Origin: Ostreococcus lucimarinus
Lineage: Eukaryota
DNA length: 64,000 nucleotides
Reading direction: 5' to 3' (one strand)
NCBI GenBank assembly: GCA_000092065.1
Contig: CP000592.1
In this document: piece by piece, positions 20,468 to 28,322 of the stretch
Position numbering within the stretch: position 1 is the first letter of the stretch
Layout: each line of letters starts with the position of its first letter
Made by a program: the position numbers and the translations under genes
The notes under the pieces: generated by a model
The model's database searches: none
Told to the model about the DNA's origin: nothing
Seen by the model: only the letters and a program-made list of their open reading frames with translations

Positions 20468-22339
20468 ATGGCGAACTACGGGTGGTTGTACGCGCTGATA
20501 TCGCTGTACGGGGTCGCGTCCGGCGCGGCGGCGACGTTCGCGCACCGGCGAAATAAGGCGGCGGCGAACGACGCTGGGGACGCGATGCGGAACCACTTCG
20601 GCGGCGGGAAGGGACTCGGCGGCGTCGCGCTGTTTTTTACGCTCTCGGCGTCGCTGTTTTCGGCGTATTCCGTGGAAGGGATCGCGTGGGAGGCGTGGTT
20701 TAAGGGATGGTTCGCCACGCGATGGATTCCAGCGGGCGTCGGGGTGTACATGGGATTTTTGATCATGGCGCCGCGACTGAACGCGCTCGGAAAATTGCGA
20801 GGGTATCTCACGCTGAGCGAAGTCGTCTACGACAGGTTCAGCGCGCCGAATTCTCGGCATCAACTCACGGCGCACGCGCTGCGAGTGATCACCTGGGGGT
20901 GTTTGTTGCTTCCAATCTTCTGCTACCAAATTTCGCAGTTTGTGTCGATGGGTAAAATCGTCGAGGCGTTCACCGCCGGCGCCATCTCGGAGACGGGCGG
21001 GGTGTTGATCTTTGCCTTGATCATGATCGCCGTCGAGGCCGTCGGTGGTCTTCGTGCGGTGGCGTATACGGACATCATTCAAGGATGCATGCTCATCGTC
21101 GGTTCGCTGATCTTCTTCATCGCGAGCGGGGTGGAATTCGGTGGATTGTCGCGAGCGAAGGATTACTTCGCCGCGGCGTCACCCCCCAAGTTTCAAACCA
21201 TTCCCAAAACGGACGGGTCTTGGTCCATCATATCGTACACCTCGTTCACGCTTCGCGTGTCCGTCGCGGCGACGATGTTTCCGCACCTCGCCATGCGATT
21301 GTTCGTCGCGAAGGATCGTAAAATGCTCCAACGCGGTTTGGCGGGGATGAACTTTACCTTTTTCTGGGTCCAACTCTCCACCATGATCGCCGGTTGGACC
21401 GCGGTGTACGCCCTGCGTGATGTCGCCACTGTGGCGGACATCGGAAATCAACAATCAATCTTTGGAAAACTCGCACTCCAGCTGAAGAACGCTTCGGCGT
21501 TCGGGGACTTCTCCGCGTCGCTCTTGGTTCTCGCCGCCTTCGCGGCGATGATATCCACCGCCGACTCTGGTTTGCTCGCCTTCAGTACGATGTTTGTGCG
21601 CGACATTTACCAGCCCTACGTTCAAAAAGTGTTCCCAAAAGCGCGTGTCGATGGAAACGCGCTGAAAATCGTTGGATTGGTGTCCTCCCTCGCCGCTCTC
21701 GGTGTCGGTTTGGGGCTGTCCATCGTCAACCTCCGCGAAGGCAAACCCGACATCACTGGGTTGTTCTCCATTCAAACCGTCACCCCGATTCACGCCGTTC
21801 CAGCAGTATGGGGTGGGATCCACCTTCACTGGCTCTCCGGCGAAGCCGTCCTAGCCGGTATCGTGGCTGGTGTCATCTCCGGCTTGGTCATGGTTCTGGA
21901 CACCGAGTTCAACGTCAAGCGGAACCTCGGCCTCGATGAACACTCCACGGGGTGGAACACCGCATGCTTTGCGTTTTTGATAAACGTCGGCGTCGTCATT
22001 CTCGTCACACTCTTGGAAAAGTTTGTCGTCCCCGCCGCGAAATCCGCGGCGACCGCGCAAACGAACACGCTGTTCATCGGTAAAAAAGTGGACAAGATGC
22101 TCTCCAACCCGATCCCGTGGTTCTTCATGATTTTCACCTTGCTCGCGGCGTGTCCGTTCTGGTACAAGCCCGGGAGTCAAGTGAAATACGTCGGCGACAT
22201 GGCGGCGTGGGGGTTTACGAGCTTGTTCTTTTCCTTCATCCTCGCGCTTCAAGTATCGGCGATGTACATGTATCGCTGGGAAGATTTCGTCCCCGAAGGC
22301 GAAGACGAGAAATCCGTCGACAAGGCGGGTCAGGTGTGA
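20468..22339 (+). CDS. sodium:solute symporter family (SSF/SSS) transporter, putative thiamine or thiamine-precursor transporter
   Basis: 623 aa with about 13 hydrophobic transmembrane segments and the SSF-like pattern (GGGKGLGGVAL..SAYSVEG). It is riboswitch-associated and flanked by thiamine-metabolism genes. The substrate is an inference. Confidence 0.85.
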   Translation: MANYGWLYALISLYGVASGAAATFAHRRNKAAANDAGDAMRNHFGGGKGLGGVALFFTLSASLFSAYSVEGIAWEAWFKGWFATRWIPAGVGVYMGFLIMAPRLNALGKLRGYLTLSEVVYDRFSAPNSRHQLTAHALRVITWGCLLLPIFCYQISQFVSMGKIVEAFTAGAISETGGVLIFALIMIAVEAVGGLRAVAYTDIIQGCMLIVGSLIFFIASGVEFGGLSRAKDYFAAASPPKFQTIPKTDGSWSIISYTSFTLRVSVAATMFPHLAMRLFVAKDRKMLQRGLAGMNFTFFWVQLSTMIAGWTAVYALRDVATVADIGNQQSIFGKLALQLKNASAFGDFSASLLVLAAFAAMISTADSGLLAFSTMFVRDIYQPYVQKVFPKARVDGNALKIVGLVSSLAALGVGLGLSIVNLREGKPDITGLFSIQTVTPIHAVPAVWGGIHLHWLSGEAVLAGIVAGVISGLVMVLDTEFNVKRNLGLDEHSTGWNTACFAFLINVGVVILVTLLEKFVVPAAKSAATAQTNTLFIGKKVDKMLSNPIPWFFMIFTLLAACPFWYKPGSQVKYVGDMAAWGFTSLFFSFILALQVSAMYMYRWEDFVPEGEDEKSVDKAGQV

Positions 22340-22437
22340 TGCGCCTTGAGCGTGATTCGGCTAGCTAAACTATACCTTTTTCAATTTCTACACCATAGCT
22401 AGTCTATTTCACACGGTCCTCATCTCCGACGCGCTCA

Positions 22438-23262
22438 CTACTCGTAGCTTTTTAGACTCGCCAGCGCGTCAAAGAATGCCACTTGGAAAGAAGCAGGTCC
22501 GGAAAAGTTCCCTAACCGAACAACGTCAGTCGCAATCCGTCTGTACACTAGGCACGAGGCTCGCAACGCTCTCGCATTCGCTAGTCCCGATCCAGGAACC
22601 GTCGCCGCCAGGAAGGCTCCGAGGCAACAACCCGCGCCAGAAAATTTCTGCAGAATCGGCGCATCGAACTCATGAACGGCTTCGTTTCCGGGCGCACCAT
22701 CGACCCGAGTTGATCGCGGTGTGGTAACATAATCCACGCTCCCAGTCATCACAATCATCGCGCCAAGCTTTTCCGATAGTTGATTCAGCGCGTCGAAAAC
22801 GTCTTTTTCCGCGCAGTCGCCGTCGGACGATTCCGGCGTAACGCTCAAATTCGCCCCAACGCTACCGTTCACAGCAAACAACTCAATCAACGCTTCGATT
22901 TCACTTCGATTTCCCTTCACCACAGTGCGCATCGGTCGCACATCGCTCGCGTCCCGAGCGACGGCGCCGCGCCGTTCCAACCACTCCTTTACCGTTCTCC
23001 CTCTCGTCTCCAGTCCACACCCCACGGGATCGACCACGACGTTTTGCGCGCTGAGCACGGCGTTTGCGATCTCCGCCGTCGTGGGCGTGCCGAAATTCAA
23101 CACGGTCACGTCGCAGAGCGATGCGGTGAGCGCGGCTTCCTCGTAGGTGGTGCATCCCATGCACGGTTTCGCACCGACGGCGAGCACGACGTCCGCGGCT
23201 TTGGACGCCGAGCACGCGTTCATGATGAGCTGAACCTTCGGACTCGCGCGCGCGTCGTCCAT
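22438..23262 (-). CDS. thiM: hydroxyethylthiazole kinase (ThiM)
   Basis: VQLIMNACSASKAADVVLAVGAKPCMGCTTYEEAA aligns with the ThiM N-terminus (LVHSITNNVV..LALGASPVMA), and the C-terminal GAGCCLGAFLAA matches the ThiM GAGC motif region. It is convergent with the transporter gene, with about 98 nt between stops. Confidence 0.85.
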   Translation of the reverse strand: MDDARASPKVQLIMNACSASKAADVVLAVGAKPCMGCTTYEEAALTASLCDVTVLNFGTPTTAEIANAVLSAQNVVVDPVGCGLETRGRTVKEWLERRGAVARDASDVRPMRTVVKGNRSEIEALIELFAVNGSVGANLSVTPESSDGDCAEKDVFDALNQLSEKLGAMIVMTGSVDYVTTPRSTRVDGAPGNEAVHEFDAPILQKFSGAGCCLGAFLAATVPGSGLANARALRASCLVYRRIATDVVRLGNFSGPASFQVAFFDALASLKSYE

Positions 23263-23464
23263 GACGGCGCGTTGACTCCCGCGGTCGCCGAGAAGTGCGG
23301 GCCGGGGCGCCGCGACTCGCGAGACAAAGGCGCGCGAACGAGACGAAGGACGAAGGAAACGGCGGCGAGTTCATTCGTATCACGCGCAGACATCGTCGTC
23401 ATATATCAAATTATATCGCTATGGTTTGTCATGTTCGCTAATGGTTGGTATGATACAGACCGAT

Positions 23465-23480
23465 CGCGTTGATAAACGCG
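23465..23480 (-). terminator. candidate histone mRNA 3' stem-loop after H2A (CGCGUU-UAUC-AACGCG; 6-bp stem, 4-nt loop)
   Basis: A perfect hairpin sits about 32 nt downstream of the H2A stop. Its position is analogous to the replication-dependent histone 3' stem-loop. Confidence 0.4.
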
Positions 23481-23511
23481 CGCGGTCGACCGTGTCTCGA
23501 AGAGTCGCCGT

Positions 23512-23877
23512 TTACTTCTTGGACTTCTTCGGCAACAACACGGAGTGGATGTTCGGCAAAACACCACCGGCCGCGATGGTCACCGTACCGAGGAGCTTGG
23601 AAAGCTCTTCGTCGTTGCGGATCGCCAACTGAATGTGGCGCGGCACGATGCGGGACTTCTTGTTGTCTCGGCTCGCGTTGCCCGCGAGTTCGAGCACCTC
23701 CGCGCACAAGTATTCGAGCACGGCGGCCAAGTAGACCGGCGCACCGGCACCGACGCGCGTGGCGTACTTGCCAGCCTTCAAGTAACGGGCGACACGACCG
23801 ACCGGGAATTGCAAGCCCGCCTTGGCGGATCGGCTCGTGGCCTTCTTGCCGGACTTTCCTTTACCGCGACCAGACAT
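23512..23877 (-). CDS. H2A: histone H2A
   Basis: [42 protein letters not shown] is canonical H2A. Confidence 0.95.
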   Translation of the reverse strand: MSGRGKGKSGKKATSRSAKAGLQFPVGRVARYLKAGKYATRVGAGAPVYLAAVLEYLCAEVLELAGNASRDNKKSRIVPRHIQLAIRNDEELSKLLGTVTIAAGGVLPNIHSVLLPKKSKK

Positions 23878-24389
23878 TTTCGTGAAAGACTGCGAAGCGC
23901 GCGAAACGACGACGAGCGGTCAGTGCGCGTTCTCTCGCGGCGGCGACGACGGCGACGAGACGAGCGCGAAAACAATCAACGCGCGCGCACGTACGTTGTG
24001 TGTTGTGTGAGTAAGCGAACGGGCGTGTGCACGCGCGTCGAGTAATGACGCTCGCGCGCCATCGCGCGCCCACTCGACGAGTTTTCGGAAACGAAGCGCC
24101 GCGCGGCGCACTAAGTTTCCATACGATTGGGTGCGTTTTCGCGTTTGACACGAAATTGTGAATTATGATTGGCTTTTTGCTCGTAGTAGTAAACAGTATG
24201 TATCTGTTTCGTGCAATTACACAAAACGCGGTGATTCTATTGGCTGAAAAAGCACGAGTCACTCCAGTCGACGAGTCCTGACCCGTGAACTCGACTCCCC
24301 GAAACGATGAGTCGATTTCGCGAAAAATCGCCCGTTGCCGTCGCGCGTCCCGGGCGCGCGCCATTCCACGACGCGAACGCACGAACACG
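23878..24389. promoter_or_regulatory. bidirectional H2A/H2B promoter region with CCAAT boxes
   Basis: This is a divergent histone pair. Three ATTGG (CCAAT on the minus strand) occur at about 24126, 24178 and 24238 in an AT-richer island within GC-rich DNA. Confidence 0.55.
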
Positions 24390-24728
24390 ATGGCCAAGAA
24401 ACCCGCGCAAAAGAAGCCCTCGGGCGCCAAGAAGGTTGGACGCAAGTCCAAGTCCGAAACCTACAAGATCTACATCTACAAGGTCTTGAAGCAAGTGCAC
24501 CCGGACACCGGTATCTCCTCCAAGGCGATGTCCATCATGAACTCGTTCATCAACGACATCTTCGAGAAGATCGCCACGGAAGCCGCCAAGCTCGCGCGAT
24601 ACAACAAGAAGCCGACGGTCACGTCCCGCGAAATCCAAACCGCGGTCCGATTGATCTTGCCGGGTGAACTCGCCAAGCACGCCGTCTCCGAAGGCACCAA
24701 GGCTGTCACCAAGTTCACCTCCGCGTAA
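24390..24728 (+). CDS. H2B: histone H2B
   Basis: [71 protein letters not shown] is canonical H2B. The track ORF starts at an alternative codon at 24285; the first real ATG is at 24390. Confidence 0.95.
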   Translation: MAKKPAQKKPSGAKKVGRKSKSETYKIYIYKVLKQVHPDTGISSKAMSIMNSFINDIFEKIATEAAKLARYNKKPTVTSREIQTAVRLILPGELAKHAVSEGTKAVTKFTSA

Positions 24729-24753
24729 GCGTTTCGAACGACGGCTTCGTTCC

Positions 24754-24765
24754 CCTCCGCGGAGG
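24754..24765 (+). terminator. candidate histone mRNA 3' stem-loop after H2B (palindrome CCUCCGCGGAGG)
   Basis: A self-complementary 12-mer sits about 26 nt downstream of the H2B stop. Confidence 0.35.
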
Positions 24766-24999
24766 CGGGCGACTTTATTAGCACGAAAAACAGAAAAAAA
24801 CCAAAAACAGTCTAGGGAAATCTTTGTTCCATGGACTATAAACTTTTGGTGTTCATTAACACCACCACTACGATAAAGAATTGTCCTCTTGCCACGCGCC
24901 CCTTCGTCCTCGCTTCGACTTGAGAAGTTTAAACGTTTAAATTTGTGTGATTCAACAATGCGGTGCCTAGCGGCGATACTAGATAAAGTGCGGTCGCGT

Positions 25000-26892
25000 T
25001 CATCGTCCTCGCGCGTACATTTCGTCGATGTCGCGCTGGAACCGCTCGCGCGCCTGCGGGCGCTTCAACTTGAACGTCGGGGTGATCAAACCGTTCTCCA
25101 CGGTGAACAATTCGTCGCACAGGCGAATCGCTCGGACTTGCTCGAATCCCTTCAGGCCGGCGTCGTTCCCCGTGGCGATCATGCTCTTCAACACGTGAGC
25201 TTTCACGCGTTCATCGGCGCACAAATCTTTAAAGCTCATGCCCTTGAATTCGGACGACTTCGCGGCCGCCCAAGGCATCAAGACTTCCTCATCGGGGACG
25301 ACGACGGCGACGAGGTGCGCCTGAAGGGAGTCGCCGTAGACGAAGGATTGTGCGACAAACTTGTTGCGGGCGTAGACGTTTTCAATCTTTTCCGGCGCCA
25401 CGTACTCGCCTTGAGCCAGCTTGAAGATGTTCTTCTTTCTATCGATAATTTTCAAGCGACCGCCTGGGAGCCAGGTGCCGATGTCGCCCGTGTGAAGCCA
25501 ACCGTCGCGGTCGACGACGTCCGCGGTCTCGGCGTCGTTCTTGTAATACCCACGGAACACGCTCGGACCGCGCACGCAAATCTCTCCGCGAGGATGAGGG
25601 TGATCATTTTTCGTGTATCGCATCTCGGGAACGTCCACCAGTTTGATCTCGCAGCACGGCGCCGGGGCGCCGACGTGACCCGTGGTGAAGTCGTCTTGCG
25701 CCGTCTTTGAGATTACGCACGCGGATTCCGTCATGCCGTAACCTTCGAGCACGCATCCGAAAGCGATGCGCAAAAACTCCATGACTTCAGCGCTGATCGG
25801 AGCGGAACCTGTGGACATGTAGCGGACGCGGCCGCCGAGCTTGGCGCGAAGCTTGGAGAAGACGACTTTCTCGAACAGGGCGTTTGGCGTTTGACCCTTG
25901 GACAGCGCCCGTCGTTTGGACTCGAACGCCCACGCGAAGAGCTTTTGCGCCACCACGCTGCCCTCGCGCACGCCCGCATTCACTTTATCGTAAATTCGGT
26001 TCCATAATCGAGGCACGGAGCAAAAAACGGTCGGTTTCAAGGCGTTGATGTCGTCCAAAAGTTGCAAGACGTCTCCGCGATAAAACCCAACTTTGGCGCC
26101 GTTGAACAACACTACCAGCATCGTCACTCGCTCGTAGATGTGAGCGAGCGGAAGATACGATACGTGACTATCGCCCGGACCGAGTTCTAAGTCATACGCA
26201 TAACCTGCGGCGTTGCTGATCAAGTTTCGATGCGTCAGCATGACGCCCTTCGGCGCCCCCGTCGTGCCGCTAGTGTAACAAATCGTCGCCAAATCATCCG
26301 GCGCCGCCGGTGTCGCGGGCGATGGATTCCGCGAACCGATCTCTAACATATCTTCATAACTCACCAGTTTCACCCCCGGCGGCAAGAGCTCGCGAGCCGA
26401 GCGAATCGCCGCGAAATCCGAGCTCCCGGCGCCTCGACCGCCGTAGCACACCACGAGCTTCACCGTCGGCGTGTCCTTCAAACACGCCACCATCGTCGCC
26501 AACACCGCGTGCGAGCACGCCACCGCACACAAAGACGCATGGTTCGCGATGTACACCACCGCATCCGGTCCGAGGGTGTCGTACAACGGCACAGAAATCA
26601 CCCCCTGTCGCGTCATCGCCGCCTCGAGCGCCACCCACTCCGGCGTGTTGATGCTGTACAACCCCATCGCGCTCCCCGGCGCGATCCCAAACCGAGCCAT
26701 CGCGCTCCCCAGCGCCACCCGTTCGCGCGCAACCTCCGCGAACGTCCTAAACGTATACTTCCCCGGCGTCCCGGTCTTCGCGTCCACGTCCCTCGTCCCC
26801 AGACACGGCGCGTTCGCGTGTCGCCTCGCCATCGATTCCCAACAGTCGTGCAGCGTCCGCACCGACCCGTGCGGCGCCGCGAATCCCGTCAT
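25000..26892 (-). CDS. LACS: long-chain acyl-CoA synthetase (AMP-binding superfamily)
   Basis: The AMP-binding motif YTSGTTGAPKGVMLTHRN, the fatty-acyl-CoA-synthetase linker and the GWLHTGDIG..GRLKIIDRKKNIFKLAQGEYVAPEKIE motifs are present. The first ATG is at 26890-26892; the track start at 26895 is an alternative codon. Confidence 0.9.
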   Translation of the reverse strand: MTGFAAPHGSVRTLHDCWESMARRHANAPCLGTRDVDAKTGTPGKYTFRTFAEVARERVALGSAMARFGIAPGSAMGLYSINTPEWVALEAAMTRQGVISVPLYDTLGPDAVVYIANHASLCAVACSHAVLATMVACLKDTPTVKLVVCYGGRGAGSSDFAAIRSARELLPPGVKLVSYEDMLEIGSRNPSPATPAAPDDLATICYTSGTTGAPKGVMLTHRNLISNAAGYAYDLELGPGDSHVSYLPLAHIYERVTMLVVLFNGAKVGFYRGDVLQLLDDINALKPTVFCSVPRLWNRIYDKVNAGVREGSVVAQKLFAWAFESKRRALSKGQTPNALFEKVVFSKLRAKLGGRVRYMSTGSAPISAEVMEFLRIAFGCVLEGYGMTESACVISKTAQDDFTTGHVGAPAPCCEIKLVDVPEMRYTKNDHPHPRGEICVRGPSVFRGYYKNDAETADVVDRDGWLHTGDIGTWLPGGRLKIIDRKKNIFKLAQGEYVAPEKIENVYARNKFVAQSFVYGDSLQAHLVAVVVPDEEVLMPWAAAKSSEFKGMSFKDLCADERVKAHVLKSMIATGNDAGLKGFEQVRAIRLCDELFTVENGLITPTFKLKRPQARERFQRDIDEMYARGR

Positions 26893-27177
26893 CAACGCAT
26901 CGGGATACTCCGCGTTCCTGTTCGTCGTCCTTCACCGTCAGTCATCGCGTTCGTCGTCCCATCGCGCGCGCGTTCGCCGCCAATCCTCGTCGCGATTGTC
27001 GCGCCCTCGCGTCGACCCACCGTCGCGTGGGCGTCTCTCGCGCGCCGCCCGTTCCCGGAACTTCGACGCTGTACGTCTTCATCGCGCGCGCGTCGGTCGT
27101 TCGCGCCGGTCTGCCGTCCGTCGTCGCGCCGCGTCACCGCGAGTCGGCGCGGTCGACCGATGGATGTCGTTACGCGC

Positions 27178-27500
27178 GGGCTGGACACGCCGCGCGCGTG
27201 CGATTCACACTCATCGACCTAAAATTCACTAAATACGTAGAAAACGACACAAGGTGCCATTGGGTTTGCTGGCGCGGGCTGGACACGCCGCGCGCGTGCG
27301 ATTCACACTCATGGACCTAAAATTCACTAAATACGTAGAAAACGACACAAGGTTCATTGTGCATTGCTTTGCCCACGAAGTTCTCATGGGTGTCGGGTCC
27401 GCCCCGTCCCGGGCGCGGGCTGGACACGGCGCGCGCGTGCGATTCACACTCATGGACCTAAAATTCACTAAATACGTAGAAAACGACACAAGGTTCATTG
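27178..27500 (+). repeat. three tandem copies (27178, 27275, 27417) of the ~85-nt element GGGCTGGACACG(C/G)CGCGCGCGTGCGATTCACACTCAT(C/G)GACCTAAAATTCACTAAATACGTAGAAAACGACACAAGG
   Basis: Direct reading shows three near-identical copies, with periods of 97 and 142 nt and unique spacers between them. All are in forward orientation, and the last ends about 110 nt before the RPL26 ATG. This is the same family as the copies at 19931..20134, 43405..43455 and 53978..54055. Confidence 0.8.
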
Positions 27501-27612
27501 TGCATTGTCCCATTGGGTTTGCATTGACGGATCATCGAAAAACACACACGGCCCGCACGGCGCGCCCGTCGTCGCGCCCCGCGCCCGCCTCGCCGTCTTT
27601 CGCCGACGCCCG

Positions 27613-28273
27613 ATGAAGTACTCGACCTCCGTCACGAGCTCCCGTCGCAAGACGCGCAAGGCGCACTTCACCGCCCCGAGCAGTGAGCGCCGTAAAATCA
27701 TGTCCGCCCCGCTCGCGAGCGAACTCAAGGCGCAGTACGGCGCGAACGCGGTGCCGATCCGCGTGAACGACGAAGTGCGCGTGACGCGCGGGAAGTTTAA
27801 GAATCGCGAGGGGAAGGTTGAGCAGGTGTATCGCAAGAAGTGGGTGATTCACATCAAGAATATCACGCGCGATAAGGTGAACGGTACGTTTCGATGGCGT
27901 CGAGATCGCGTCGCGCGGCACGACGGGGACGAGGGCGAAGACGATGATTCGAGGAAAGCCCTAGTTAGGGTCGGCGCGCGAACGCGCGGGGACGACGGAC
28001 GGCGTCGTCGCGCGCGCCGCCGGGGAGTAGATCGATGAGGACGGGACGATGGTGACGCCTCGCGCGAGCGAACGAGAGACGCGCGAGTGGGAGACTGACC
28101 GAGCGACGAATCGTGGTTTTCGCATCGCAGGCGCGACGATCAACGTCGGCGTCGACCCGTCCAAGGTGCTCATCACCAAGCTCCACATGGATAAGGATCG
28201 CAAGGCGCTCTTGGCGCGCAAGGGTGGTGCTAAGGGCACGGACGCCGCGGACGCGATGCAAACCGTGTCTTAA
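27613..28273 (+). CDS. RPL26: 60S ribosomal protein L26 (uL24); join(27613..27883,28131..28273)
   Basis: Exon 1 ([56 protein letters not shown]) and exon 2 ([30 protein letters not shown]) match human RPL26. A 247-nt intron joins them: donor G|GTACGT, GAGACTGAC branch point, acceptor CAG at 28128-28130. Confidence 0.9.
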
Positions 28274-28322
28274 ACAAGGTTATCGTCGTCTTAGGATGTT
28301 TGTGAGCGAGTTAAATCTCTAG

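Noticed and set aside
19493-21082. 529-aa minus ORF and 322-aa plus ORF 19021..19989
   Set aside because: They are antisense to the SSS transporter or TenA, or lie in the CGATCG-rich simple-sequence tract 19780..19930. They are Arg-rich with no domains.
16992-23511. Additional TPP riboswitches near TH1, TenA or ThiM
   Set aside because: I scanned the leaders and flanks of these genes on both strands for the CUGAGA plus pyrimidine-sensor hairpin combination and found it only at 20312..20400.
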